A stretch of 63,509 bases of DNA, filler included, from Choristocarpus tenellus KU-1152 (GCA_964200185.2; 14 parts of 14 records of this genome joined end to end with filler, not necessarily neighbours in it); one strand, 5' to 3'; counted from the first letter of the whole stretch, positions 27,531 to 40,828 are shown. Translations and numbers: made by a program. The notes: generated from the letters alone by a model not told the origin.

Positions 27531-28708
27531 CACGTACTCTTCCTTGACTAGCTTCTAGCTGAAACACTGAAGTTGTAAAATATGTGGAGAACTCTCAACA
27601 TGAATACACACTTCAGACATAAAACCCACCAACAGCCTCAAAAAGGGAAGAAAAAAGATCTGAAAGGCCCTACAATAACTACAAGTGCAAGTATCTCCCC
27701 TGGCAGTAGCTCTATTGGAACTAATGAGCACTCAATCCGTGTGCCAAGTGATCATGCCACCATGCCTCAACTCAAACTTCCTTGGGCATTGAAACCATGA
27801 ACTAATAGTATGGATTACTTCTCTGCCCAGCAGCCACATCATGGCCCTATGACACCTACACTTGGGCTGCACAACCATTGGGAAAAAAGGTGAGGTTTAG
27901 GGCAAACGGAGCAAATGAAGTTGCCAAGAAAAATCCTAAACAGAACGGAAGGACAATATGGATGAACAGGAGCACCTTCACCACACAATCAGTTATCTTA
28001 CATGCAGCTATTATAGAATTGTTGCAATCTATGTAAACCCCATCGCTGCTCCCCAAAAGAAGTCTTCAAAAGGTGGTTCTCAGCTGCAAATCGTAAAAAT
28101 ACAGGTGAACTTAGCCAGGAATTATAATCAAGCCAACTCCCAAGGCTTTCAACCACACCATGGAGGGCTTGAAGGGCAGGAAAACAAGGATAGCTACAGT
28201 CCTGCCATTGACTTCAAGCCCTCTCCTTTCATCCCATCACCACAATCACAATGGTTCTTTGTTGGTGTTGTTGTGGGGGATGGGCTCACTCATGCCTTCT
28301 GCTGTTTTGGATATGTGTCCCTAGAGAAAGAGATATATCGATGGGAAGGAAGGGGGAGGCAAGAGTAGAGTGTCAGGTTGTGCAATATACGCTTACCCAA
28401 GGATTGGTGCATTCATGTTCCTTCCGTTTCTTTCAATGACATACCCAAGCAGGTGCAGAGCGATGCCACTGATGTATGTACAAGGTTACCGCAACTCTTG
28501 CAACCTTCATTTAAGATGCTCTGGAGTATTATCCAGTACAAGGAAAAAAAACAAAGCAAGAACGATTCCCAGGCTCCTACGACTGTACACAGAGGGAGTT
28601 TCTTCTTCCCTATATCAAAAGACTATCCACCCCAATCGAACACTAAATCATTCTATAACCTCAACTCTAGATCTTTCGACCAAGTTACATACAAACACTC
28701 ACGAAAAA

Positions 28709-28926
28709 GAGTCAAAGTATCTTAGAGGGTACCGCCGTGTCCATTCGGGGACCAAAATCCAATGTTGCGATTTTGATGTAGTTTTGGCTATCGTGTTTCC
28801 TAGGATGTGTCAATACTCCAAAAAGTTTCGGAGTAGGAAAATATCATAAAAAAACCCGTGCGTGGGAAGTCAAGACCCAAACGGACAAACAGGGCAAAAT
28901 TCGTACCCTCTAGGATACTTTCATTC
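28709..28926 (-). mobile_element. MITE family B, internally deleted
   Basis: TIRs GAGTCAAAGTATCTTAGAGGGTAC / GTACCCTCTAGGATACTTTCATTC; AAAA on both flanks. Confidence 0.9.
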
Positions 28927-29927
28927 AAAAATGGTAAGAATGAAACAAGGAAATTTGGATGTTACATAAATTCTCCACAAATCATATCACCAGTCTATCA
29001 CTTTCTCGTGCGTATACTGTGCGATTCTTGTGCAACTTGTCATTCTTCACTTCCATCAAGAGGTACTTGGCATTTCATTTCACGATGATTCAATCGAGTA
29101 TCATACATCATCTCGTTTTGAGCAGATTTATAACGCAATCTGATGCAAAAAAGAGAAAATATGTGCATTCATACATATTTTTCAAATATAAAACAATACA
29201 TAGGATTTTATGCCACCACTTGGCGAAAACGTCATGCATTTGAGACCATAAACCACATATAAATGTATATTCCTAGGATATCATGGGCACACCACACCAT
29301 TTGCCTCAGTATGCTCCGTCCTCTTCTCCTATCCAACCCTGCTCCTAGCTCAGCTTTGATGCTCTTGAAGACAACTAAAATATTTGTTGTCTCTCATATA
29401 TGCCTTCTCTCTCTATCATCCACTGCTAGGGAGCGGTCAGACAGGCTCCATTAAAAAAAAAACCCTACCAACTAAAATGTAAACTTTTGGGAGAGAGGTT
29501 CAAAACAAATAATATCTTTTGACAAGAACAGGCAGGGCTCCTGAAAAAATACCATTCAAAATCATTGACTTTAGAGCTCAAAAAAAGAAATGCACACTTG
29601 GGATTGGCCAATCCTCACTCATGATATGCATATCATAGAGTCGAGCATAGTACCAAATATACAAAAAAATCGTCGGTCTGATGATTTTGAGGTCAAATCG
29701 GAGATTTCCTCCATCCAGATATTGGGGGATCAGTGGAACGGTATGACATTGTAAGGTGTACCGTCAATGTGCATTGAATACCGCGGGTACTACATTCAAC
29801 TCTCCATATTGTCATCGGTTTATATTACAGCAATCATACTCTTCTGCTGGTATTGACAATCTTATATTGGTAATCAGTACACTAAAATAGAATGATAATG
29901 ACTAGCGCATCATTCCACAGACCTCTG

Positions 29928-30316
29928 GAGTGTACAGGGAAGATCCCTTGTGTTCAAGAGCCCTGTGTTTGAGAGTCCCTACGGTCCTTGGGCAACCCCC
30001 ACAGTCGTACTTTTTTTTTCATTTCTTAGGGTTATTTTCACTCACACGTTAGGGTTAAGGTTAGAGATCGGGTTAGATTCTCGAAAATGATTGCGAAAAA
30101 GTGACAAGTGGTGGATCCTCGAGAGGTTTCGGTTCCCCAGTGTACACAGTGCTCCTTCACCACTCCTTCTACAATGTTTTCTTGGCTGGTTAGGGTTAGA
30201 GATAGGCTTAGGCTTCCAAAAATGCTTGTGAAGAAGTGGAAAAGAGTATGATAGTGGAGGTTCCCCAAGGACAGTGGGAGCTCCTGAAGATAGGGGACCA
30301 CCCTCGTGCATTGCAC
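29928..30316. mobile_element. Foldback/MITE-like element with internal telomere-like TTAGGG repeats
   Basis: Imperfect inverted arms of about 55-85 bp (CGGTCCTTGGGCAACCCCCACAGTCGTACT vs AGTATGATAGTGGAGGTTCCCCAAGGACAG) around two TTAGGGTTA blocks. Confidence 0.65.
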
Positions 30317-30650
30317 CTCTCAGAATAACAAAGTCACGGTCATCAAATGCTGCTGCGCTAGTGTTCTGCTGAATCCAAGATTCTCAACGTTAATGAAAAC
30401 CACCCAAAATTACGACAAGAATGCTTTCCACCAGTTTGACATCATCTATTTCATGTGCTGGTCCACACAAGGACATCCCTAGCCAAGGACATTTACGGCA
30501 GGAAAGGGCACAGCGGTTGACTTTGCCAAAAGCTCTTTCACATTTAGATGGATTCTCACAGATGCCGGCACTCCAGCACCTCAAGCTACATAAAAGTGGA
30601 AATATGCTGAGTCACAGGGCAGTCCTGAAAAGACCTTTGTTTTGCAACAA

Positions 30651-30727
30651 GTCTCAAAGTATATCTAGGAGGGGGTGGCAGCTGTCCATGTGGGTTCAAT
30701 TTTTTCATGTCGCGATTTTTGGGTGAT
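30651..30727 (+). mobile_element. MITE family A, left part (contig break)
   Basis: CTCAAAGTAT..GCTGTCCATGTGGG..CATGTCGCGATTTTTGGGTGAT matches the complete copies. Confidence 0.8.
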
Positions 30728-31020
30728 NNNNNNNNNNNNNNNNNNNNNNNNNNNNNNNNNNNNNNNNNNNNTTAATTAATTAANNNNNNNNNNNNNNNNN
30801 NNNNNNNNNNNNNNNNNNNNNNNNNNNCGCAATATATTTGTGTGTGCGCGCGGATGTGTATTTGGACTAAGATCAGCTCCCGAAGGGACCTGTCCCACGT
30901 CACATATATTTCTATAAATAATGAAGTGCTAAGTTTGACTTGACAGTGTTGATTTCTCTGTTGTTTGAGGCCTTTCGACAGATTTCAGAAACGACATAAA
31001 CTTGTTAAAAAGAAAATGTA

Positions 31021-32706
31021 CTTCCTCTGTGCCATAAGTTTGTGCCGCAAACCATCTGGGCTCACCGAGCGAGAACGCGCCGAATCGAAGGATAGCCCCA
31101 CAGAATGAAATCGGGTTGACAATCTCAGCTTTCAGAGAAGGTGAGATCAAGGATCATCAGGTACAAACTCGAGGTCCTTCAAGTCGTCAAAGTGGAGGTC
31201 TTTTGAGGTGATTTTGAGGTCAGAACTGGGCATGTCGAGGGTCAGAATGTCGGCATGGCAACCCCCATCGAACCCCCTGCGTAGGAAGGGTGCCCAGGTG
31301 TCCCTGAAGTTGCGCTTGCAGTGTGGCACGTCCTCACGATGGTCCCTGGTGAGCATAAACTGCCGTGACACGTTAGGCCTGCCCTCACAGTCGAGTTTGG
31401 AGTGTCCGAGCTTTACATGCAAGGGCTCTGGGAGGACGTCTCCGATCAGCTCACCCATTGACACATGCTTGACCTAGGGGTGGCGGCATGTAGTGGGCAG
31501 CCTTCGGAGCTCACATCGATCACGATGGCCGCAATACATAGTATTAACTCCGATAATCGGTCATCCACAGTGCGTCAGGTGACAATGAAGATGGTCGCAA
31601 AGGGACTGAATTATAGCACAAGCACCATAAACAGGTGGTTGGATGATATAGAGGTCATGCCGAATCACCGCTGGATTGAACCCAAGCTAAATCGTGGCAA
31701 ACGGTATGGAGAATGGACTTTGTTTGCGATCAAGTGGACCGGAAATGTGGTGTGTACACCTCCATGGCAAACACGATCCATATGGGTGAAATCTGGTTTT
31801 ATGTGATGGCTGATGAGGAAAGGTTTAAGGTATCTCCGCATGAGGATGATAGCAACCTTCCAGGGTCCCCTACTCTGCAGCAGCACAAGAGTCATATCCC
31901 CAAACCATGATCATTGCAGCCAACGCCCGTCCAGATTCAGCTCACAGCTCACAGCTTTGATGGAAAGCTTGGTGTTTGGCGTGTGTGCACGCCAAAAACG
32001 GCCGACAGAACAAGCAAGAACCATAAAAAGGGGGATGTGTATGAGCTGGCCTGTAATTTAGGCCATTTGTGGTACAGGAAGTGGTACACAGAGGAGTTAC
32101 TGCCTGCAATCAACACCAAGATACCTTGGTTGCATGGGAAGCACATTGTCATTCAGCAAGACAGTGCCGCCCCCCACACGGGCAAGGGCAACTCAGAAAT
32201 CTTGTCAGGGACAGGGAAGATTGGGGGGTGGTCGATTAGGCTAGCGACGCAGCCATCTGACTCCCCGACCTCAATATCATGGACCTAATCTTCTTCAGGT
32301 CCTTGAAATGCCGGGTGATGGGGGAGTGGTTGGGTCCGTCAAGGAGATGATGGTCACTTAGAAAGAGTATGAGGAGTATGATGAAACCACACTTGAGAGA
32401 GCTCGGCAGCTCCTTTTTGTGGTGTACAATCAAGTACTTAGATAATAAGGGGGGAGTGACTTCAGTGTGGAGCACACAGAGATGAGGAAGAGGCAGTTGT
32501 CTGGTGAGCTTGAAAACCCGCTGAAGGTAGACATGGAGGCTTTTTATGTGGCTGATAAAATTGTGATGGATGGGGGGTAATAATAATGTAAAGAGCGGAC
32601 CCTAAACAGAAATTCGTCAAGGATTCCAAATGTTCTTTTCAGAGATGAATTTCATCATCTTCAAAAGTTATGGATAGCGCGGCACAGACTTATGGCACTG
32701 AGGTAG
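31021..32706 (+). mobile_element. Full-length decayed mariner (DD39D-clade-like) with transposase pseudogene
   Basis: TA|CTTCCTCTGTGCCATAAGTTTGTGCCGC ... GCGGCACAGACTTATGGCACTGAGGTAG|TA. Motifs IHMGEIWFY, QHKSHIPK, FDGKLGVW, IVIQQDSAAPH and QPSDSP/DLNIMDL, with frameshifts. Confidence 0.93.
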
Positions 32707-33199
32707 TAGTATATTTAATCCATCACCTAGGGGTGGTTGAGTATCAATGTTTCACACACAATACACAATAGTAGTACTAGTAAATGTTGATTCATGATGA
32801 TAGTCGCTTTGCTCGCCCATGTACTTGGTACTCCGGGGTATTTAACATTCTCTTCTTCTTCTGGGGTGGTCGTGTAAAGCACTAGGTTCCATTCAATATA
32901 ATGTCAGGATATCCTCTCTGGTGTGTGTGTGTCACACACGTGAAGTTCAACACACGTGAAGTTCAACACACATCAGAATGATTGAGTCTTCCCAATACAT
33001 GTTGGGTGGGAGAAAGGGTTTCCACTGTAGCATTCAATGTAAGCCCGGATCGCATGCACCAGGAAAAACATGTTGTATTAATATTAATCTTAGAATAAAA
33101 GGCAAGGACAACATAATGCTTCACACAATAACTGAATGTTACCTCAAAGTGATGTGGCATATGTTTTTCAGCGAGATTCAGTGCTCGCATCATGTAACT

Positions 33200-33378
33200 G
33201 ACTCAAAGTATCTGGGGGGGGCGGTGACTGTCCATTTGGGGTCAATTATCCTATATGTCGCGATTTTTGTGTGATTTGGTTGCATACGTCGGATGGATAA
33301 TGTAAATGCACTTTTCCTGGTTATGGTCTAAATGGACACCCTGGTGTAGATCCCCCAGACCCCCAGATACTTTGGGTC
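33200..33378 (+). mobile_element. MITE family A, complete
   Basis: TIRs GACTCAAAGTATCTGGGGG / CCCCCAGATACTTTGGGTC; perfect 4-bp TSD AACT. Confidence 0.93.
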
Positions 33379-33584
33379 AACTGAACTCCGGAATTATATC
33401 AAGACTCAGTTACCCTGACAACGGGTTTGGGAAGATTAAATTCGGAATATGATATGTGAAATGTTAATATTGTTTAAAACATGAGTATTTTCAAGCAATA
33501 TACACATCAGACATTTTGATATTGGTTGAAAGAGAACATATTTCAATAATATTGCATATCTAATATATGGAGAGAACCAGCTGC

Positions 33585-33660
33585 TGGCACACCAAAGGTG
33601 GGGCTCAAACCCACAACCATACATTTAAGAGTTGTATAGTCTATTGTACGTTTGGAACCA
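33585..33660 (-). pseudogene. tRNA-Lys(CTT)-derived pseudogene or SINE head
   Basis: Minus strand ATACAA-CTCTTAA-ATGTAT-GGTT-GTGGG-TTTGAGC-CCCAC shows an anticodon loop and T-arm, with TTCG mutated to TTTG. The D-arm is not recognisable. Confidence 0.5.
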
Positions 33661-35124
33661 GTGATTGCTAGAACAAGGTCCTACAAACCACTCCACCAAC
33701 TATTTATTAGTACATAGTATAGTTTTTCATTACTATTTATGTCACGCCACATGTGGAACAAGTCCAGTCATGAGAATGTAGACTCTGCTGTTTGCAATGG
33801 GGACTGCAGCAGCTACTTCTGTTGGTAGAGCGTTCATCCATCTAACACTTTACTCCTTGAGGGAGTACACGCAATGGTGGCATAGCTAGTAGTGAACTTC
33901 CATTGCTGGAGCGGTCGTCGAGATATTCGCTCAAGTTGAAATTAAGAACTTCGCGTTCTAGTCATCTGTTGGAGACTCACATAAGGTTGGTTGTCAACCG
34001 AGCAGATGGACCAGAGGGTTGCAGGGGACAAACAGAAGATATAGATGGTAGAGGTGGTAGTGGGTAACGTCGGTGCCTAGGAAGCAGAGGCAAGTGCATG
34101 GGCATGGGCATGTCTTTTGGATTTAAGGTTGTCGACTTCAGCACATTTTGCACATAGATGCCATCTGATAATGTAGAGGCAAAATCTTTACGAATTATTT
34201 TATTTGAAGGTGGGGTTTTGTGGCCCACCTTCAAATAGGTCAGCGCCAAAACTGCTTGGTATATTAAGGGGTCGCTAGTGTCCGTGGAAGAACAGTCAAC
34301 TCCAGTTGTAAACCTATACCGAGAATGTGTCAGAAAGGTAAGTCATATTCATCAAGAATTTCATCTGCCCGTCGGGAAATATTAGACCACTGCCTACCCC
34401 AGTCACCTATAGCATTTGTGTGGTTGTACGTGATCATAAAAACAATTGCATAATTGGAACCACCTTTCGGGGGGCAACAACTGGTATAGGATTAGTGTAA
34501 TTGTTCCTGTAATGGGAGCTCTCGCAATTGGTTAGAGAAGGGCCATAAAACTTTGCCCTCCGTCCTCTTCAAAATAGCATTCCAGAGTTTGGATCCAAGA
34601 TCAGGTATAAGGCTGCATCTAATGATATACACGAAATTCACAAATACGACATGCGGTGGTTTTTTCTCGCACTTGCTTGCCCGATTCGCCATCTCATATT
34701 GATTTTGATTTTACATTGCAGAATACGTACCAAAACCTAAGATATCAAATATATACCTACTTGAGACGTGAGAAAGCTTGAGGAAGGAAAGATAATGTTG
34801 ACGTACTATACCTTCAAACGCCTCCCAGAGTGTGGAAACCCACCTGGTTTTGTTATTTTCTGGTGTAATGAAATCAAATACGTACGTTAAGAACGTGCAC
34901 GAGGAAACGCCAACTCCTCGCGCTCCTGGACGTATTTATGCGTATATAAGGACAAAAATCAATGCACCATAAATACGCTTAGGTAAGAAGAGTATCTCAC
35001 GTAGTTGATCTCTAAGACCAACACATAGGTATACTGGTTGCTATATATACCTATCACTCAGAAACTGAATTTTCAAAATATTCATTTGTCAGTATACACC
35101 ACACAGCTACCTACGATCTGTATG

Positions 35125-35345
35125 ATTATGCCTGCAGACACTTTGCAAATGTGTCAGGGAAAAAGCCAAACCAATATATAACAAGAATCACTGTAAAAGT
35201 AACAGTTTTCATGAATGTAAAAGATAACTCTCCAACAACTACATACTTTTTAAATACTGCCTATACTACAACACTCCTTTAAAGGGCAGTTACAATATTA
35301 TGTGCACACTGCTGCTATGCCTCTGACCTAGCTTAGACCTACACA
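35125..35345 (-). mobile_element. 3'-UTR-only copy of RLE non-LTR retrotransposon
   Basis: Shares the terminal hairpin (GACACTTTGCAAATGTGTCAGGG) and TGCTATGCCTCTGACCTAGCTTAG with the 61897-62105 copy. Confidence 0.65.
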
Positions 35346-35648
35346 AAAGTGAGCAAATAACTAGCTAAGATTTGGTGGAAAGAAGGGTTGTCTTTTGTCA
35401 TAGAGTTTACTTTCGCATCATATAACATCATACCGTTTGATACTATTTCCAAGACGCTGGTGACAACCCTGGTGAAGAACCTTGTTTCCACAGTCGAGGA
35501 TCGTTCAGAGCCCAATCAATCACTGAGGGATCCTTTGAGTGCTCCCCTGCTTGAATCGAGTTAAAACGTTGAATCGAATGAATGGTTGCTTCTCATGAAG
35601 TGCTCTGTCCAAAGGTTTGAAGTCTTGTAGTACGAAGAGGTGACCCAG

Positions 35649-35693
35649 TGGCTCAAATTATCTGGGGGGGGAGGTGGCGGCTGTCCATTTGGG
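35649..35693 (+). mobile_element. MITE family A, left end (contig break)
   Basis: GGCTCAAATTATCTGGGG..GGCGGCTGTCCATTTGGG. Confidence 0.75.
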
Positions 35694-35798
35694 NNNNNNN
35701 NNNNNNNNNNNNNNNNNNNNNNNNNNNNNNNNNNNNNTTAATTAATTAANNNNNNNNNNNNNNNNNNNNNNNNNNNNNNNNNNNNNNNNNNNNTTTGT

Positions 35799-35829
<31 letters not shown>

Positions 35830-36721
35830 GTGCAGATGCGCTGGTCCAATAAGACCTTCCTGTAGATGATCTTATTCTGTATACTCCAAAATATGTGATC
35901 ATAAACGTAGTATGATTTCTATGGCTTAGGGTTACCAAACGTTGTCTCCTTGAAGTGTTAGTACTCTGACAGATTGCCTTACCTTCCCCAACCCTAAATG
36001 GAAAACAATGGTTGCTATTTATTACTCCCGGTGTTTGCATCATTTTGAAATTGTCTTCTTTTTTTTTTGCTTTTTTTTGTGCCGTGTAACTGCCGTCTGC
36101 TTTTGGAACACGCCGAGCAATGTTTTAATAAAGACAACACCGTATGTTTTTATTGTTGTGGTGCCGAGAGATTTTAATTTGTGTGATAGCATAGTAATTT
36201 TTTTTATTTAATTTGATGTTTTTTTTTCCCAGAAAAATAGGAGGCGTTTTAAAAGCAAAGGAGTTTCTAGAAGGTGCCACCCTGAAACCTGTACAGAAAA
36301 CAGAAAAGGGCATTATCTCGAATTTCCATTTGTTGTCAGAAAAAAAAAAACTCTGACTCGAGAGACAGGCAGTCAGCAAAGTTTGTAGCAGTATGACATT
36401 ATGATTTTTATAGCTAGTAGTATGTAGCATCAATGACTTCGTGCATAGTTGTATCACAGTGGTGACCCACCTGAACCCCTATTTCCCCCTCCCACTTCTT
36501 AACCACAGACACACACACGCACACACGCACCACCCTGAACTTACTTGCCATTTTTCCTTGTGACATAAGGTATCTCTTCTGCCCTAACTGTGCTGTTGGT
36601 TGTGGGTATGGTGACTATCGATGTGGCTTGCATCTGTGTATGCTTGGTGACCTCCCATACCTCTTGCTTGCTGTCTTTGTAATCCCCATTTACCGCCCTG
36701 ATTGTGATTGCTTTGCTGCAG

Positions 36722-37882
36722 CTGGATCACCACTGCCCATATACGGGGAAGGTAAGATGGGAAAATGGAGGGTGGGGGAGTGGGGGGGGGTGGGAAAGAG
36801 AGTATATAGAGAGTATGTATATATGCCAATGCGTTTTTAGGTTGGATTAACAATGAGGGAGTCTGCGCTACATTATATTATGGTGTACTAGAGAGGGTGC
36901 TGGTGATGATGAAAAATATAGATAAAAGTTCTCCATGTTGGATGTGTGTATTCCACGAAGTATTTCCTCTTATAGACCCTCACTGCCTCTTCAGAAGGAA
37001 GTTGAATTTCACAACCCTAACCCTTTGAGAAGTAGAATGTTATTGTAATTAGAGGGACCTACTGATCTGCTTCTCTTTTCCCCTGTTTTTAGGGTTAGGG
37101 TGAAGTGTGTTGTTGGGCACCCTCATTTTGGTGCACGTTTTTTTTTTTAGTTCCCCCAACAGAGGAGTATCTATACGTAGCTCTTTTTAATTAGAAAGAA
37201 AAGAGTACGTGATGAAGTGTGTCTATGTGTTTTACTAGTTTTTTGTATTTTTCACCGCTAATGTGGATAGCTGCTGTAAGGGGTGTCTATTTCGATGGTA
37301 GAGGTTACATTTTGTGATTTTTTGAGTACGCGACTTTAGTTGGCAGACCAACTATTCATATTGATAAACGTTGTCGTACACCAAACACAACTATTCATAT
37401 TGATAAACGTTGTCATACCCCAAACACAACTATTCATATTGATAAACGTTGTCATACACCAAACGCAACTATTCATATTGATAAACGTTGTCATTTGTAT
37501 CGCCGTTCCTTGTTCAATACGCTTGTGATGTTCATCCACATACTTCGACTTTTTCACCTGACCTGCTCCTTGATTTCATGCACCATACCCCATCTCCAAG
37601 TACATACCTCACCCAACCAAACCGCCTTACCCACCCACATAACTCAGGTTGTTTGTGTCTGCTTCAGTGTCAAACCTTCTTGGTCCCAAAGTTGTACTGA
37701 CCTCCCCACCTTCTCACCTATCCCTTGTTGTGCGCTTTTGTGAACCCGCACTACTACTACCACTCCAGTGCATAGGGAAGAAGAATCTCAAGTACTTCTA
37801 TGCTTTCCTTGGCTGTCTCTTTGTGCACATCGCCTTTGTAGGTTTGGTTGCACTGTCTCCGGCCCTGAGGTCCTTTCTTTAG
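36722..37882 (+). CDS. DHHC palmitoyltransferase, last two exons
   Basis: Exons 36722-36751 (LDHHCPYTGK) and 37769-37882 (CIGKKNLKYFYAFL plus a TM helix and stop) have canonical splice sites and join in phase. Confidence 0.88.
37350..37494. repeat. 39-bp minisatellite, about 3.7 units, in the DHHC intron
   Basis: Unit AACTATTCATATTGATAAACGTTGTCATACACCAAACAC. Confidence 0.95.
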
Positions 37883-40690
37883 AGGGGCCAGTGTAAAACA
37901 ATTTGTGCGAAAAGAGATGCTCGCAGCAAGGCATGATAGAATATGCTTTCCCCCAGTTCGCTCGCACTCTTCTTCTACTTACCACCCTTCAGTGGAAGAA
38001 CCACTGGTACTGGTGTGTACCGAGTTTTGTGGAGGATCGTCATTCGTTGTTCATTGCGTGATTATTTTCGACATGCTCAATTGCTTATATAGTGTGGATT
38101 TCTTATTAATGTGATACGTAGTTGAAGTGGACTGTGGGCTCTGCGGAAGGACAGCAGTGCAAGTTCGTGAGGTTCTTCTGTATTTAGTTTGTATTTCGTT
38201 GGTGTGTAATGACTCTTTCCTGAACAGTTCAATAGCAGGAATGAGTATTGTCCCAAATTTCGTCCATATATACATGCACACACCACACCCAAGCTATCCT
38301 TCAACCGGTCCCCAGTTGCCGAAAAATGTTCCAAAATATTTACCTAATTAGTACGAAGTATAGAGCTTTTTTTTTTTGTCGGCCAGTAGACGTTACTTCA
38401 TCGTGCGACAAAGACAAGACCATAGTCACGGGGTTGGTTTATGTGGAATCACAGAAAGGGGCTCGCATGTGTTGACGCGTCCTACCCTTGTGTCGACTTT
38501 TGACAGTTCTTTTCTTTCTTGTATGTTTGGTGTTACACAGAGTCAGTAAGAATACAGGGTCGAGATTGGTGCAAGACGTACATATTAAATAAGTTGAGGC
38601 GGGTGATGGCGATTAAAATACGAGATGCTACCCATGGACGTAAAGCATAGAATGCTGCAGTACTGCATTCGTAGACCCCATGGGCAGGAGAAGTATGAAG
38701 AGCAATGTCGACAATGTGGGGAAGGGTCATATGGTGCCGTTCCTGTGACAATTCATTTGATCTAGGCGTTGTCGTGGTTGTTGCATACCACATGTACATT
38801 TGCGTACAATAGGAATTTTGAGATGCGTTGTGTGGCGGATTGGGTGTTCCAAATGATGTCCCCATTTCTTTTGTAGGTTTATTTTTTTCTTTTCTATTTA
38901 CGTCTCTCTCTTGCTCGGAGACCACCTGCGCCTCCCTTGCTTGTCCTCTTAGAGTAGTTAGATCGTTTTTCCCAGAATTTTATATTTCGTGCTTTGCCTT
39001 ATCTCGAACTCACCTCAAACCACATCTTCCTGTGAACTTTTTTCGTCACTCTATTGAGTTTCTGCCGACGACCACTCCTGCCTCACACACAGGGGAGCCC
39101 GATTTACACCTTTTGCACCTGTAGACCCACAGACACGGGAACCCATCCATGCATGGTCTCAGTGTCAGGTTGGAAGATGAGATGTATTCATACTGTGTCA
39201 TCGCTTTTCTGCTTGCTTTCCAATTATGTGCTTCTTCCCGTTCATGATGTTTCAATGCCAGTGCCTAGTGGGGCTTCGGAAGTGTTGCTTTCCTTTTGGC
39301 ATGTGGGCTACTGGTTGTGCGTGTTACTCCTATAGAGTGCAGTATTGCAGGGTGTGGAAACTACACGTGGTTGGTCTGTCTTAATTAACGTGATTTTTGT
39401 GTGGGGTTCACTTTTTATCATTTTTGTTGTGGCAAGAGATTTTTTGTGAGTTTGTCTTCTTTTCTCCCACTCAATTTAATACTTTGAAGCATTCAACAAC
39501 ATCCTGCCATGTCTTTCAAATATATTTTCACTCTCAGAAATATGTAAGGTACAGATTGTGAGAATGAATGTTACCACTACGTTGATTGTACAATTTGAAA
39601 CATTGATGCCTGCTAACAGATCCACAACCTTTTGATAGGTGCTATAGAGGTGACATTTTTTGGTGGACTGGCTGTTGACATAAAATTTGTAGTACGATAG
39701 TGTGACTGACGCTGCAGTGAGAGCCAAAGTAAGCGAGGAGTACCCTGGTTTTTATAGTTATTCCTCGTATTCCATTTTTTTCTATCATTTGCAATTCTAA
39801 CATATTTCTATTGATGAAGTGCTCAGTTTGTGTTGAGAATGTTGATTTCTCCTTGTTATTTTTTGAAACTTTTGGACAGGATTCAGCAAGATTCCCAATA
39901 CATGCTTGTAAGAGAAGTCAAATTTTGCACTCTGTTTGAGTCAAACCAACTGAGAGGTAGGCAGGGTTACATTTTAACGATCCTAAGAAAGTACAAAAAG
40001 ACGCCGTGTCTGTACAATTGCAGAAAGTTCTTTTGCTCAAATGTGGTGGCAATTTGTGTGTGGGAAGGAGCATATCGATTTTGTGTACACTATTGTGCGC
40101 ATGAAGCAATGGAATCAACTGTACTGCACAGGTTTAGAAATATGGCTTAGGATGCAAAAGGGTCCAGACCTGTCTACATCTCATATGGTTAGACTCTGTG
40201 CGATGTACGCTTGTAGGCGATACGTCTTATTAGTGGTTCGTAAACGTCATTATGACCTTCAAGTCCTATAGTCTATATATTATGTGTAGTGATAATGAGG
40301 CCACAAACTTAGAATAAGCGTTTGTTCAGAAGAACTATTACATACCCCTCATCAATCAATAACGTGTATCATCGAAGTGAATCCAGCATATTATTTTATT
40401 ATATATACATTGTGGAGCCCTCTACCAGCTTCATGGTCCACATATAGCACTGTGACTTGGAGCTGCACATCGAATCGTGGGAAGTTTGCAATGCGTTTTG
40501 TAACATAAACTCAATTGACCTGTCTCGGTAGGCAAGTGAGCAGGTGTGTTTGCAAGAGTCTCATAGACAAGTGGTATTCTAGGGAAAATGTGATAGATGG
40601 AATGCACCATGCTTAAGGAGCTAAGGTAACACAAGCATATCAACACACATTAACACACCCGACCATTCCCTAATGATTTTTTTTTCTCGT

Positions 40691-40728
40691 GCTCAAAGTA
40701 TCTGGGGGGGGGGGGGGCAGTGGCTGTC
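40691..40728 (+). mobile_element. MITE family A, left end (contig break)
   Basis: GCTCAAAGTATCTG-polyG-CAGTGGCTGTC. Confidence 0.75.
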
Positions 40729-40828
40729 NNNNNNNNNNNNNNNNNNNNNNNNNNNNNNNNNNNNNNNNNNNNTTAATTAATTAANNNNNNNNNNNNNNNN
40801 NNNNNNNNNNNNNNNNNNNNNNNNNNNN

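Noticed and set aside
31021-32706. Fanzor/TnpB cargo in the mariner
   Set aside because: The element length is accounted for by the transposase and UTRs; no RuvC or Zn-finger motifs were seen.
37350-37494. CRISPR-like array
   Set aside because: The 39-bp units are head-to-tail with near-identical inter-repeat sequence, have no unique spacers or cas genes, and lie in a eukaryotic intron.
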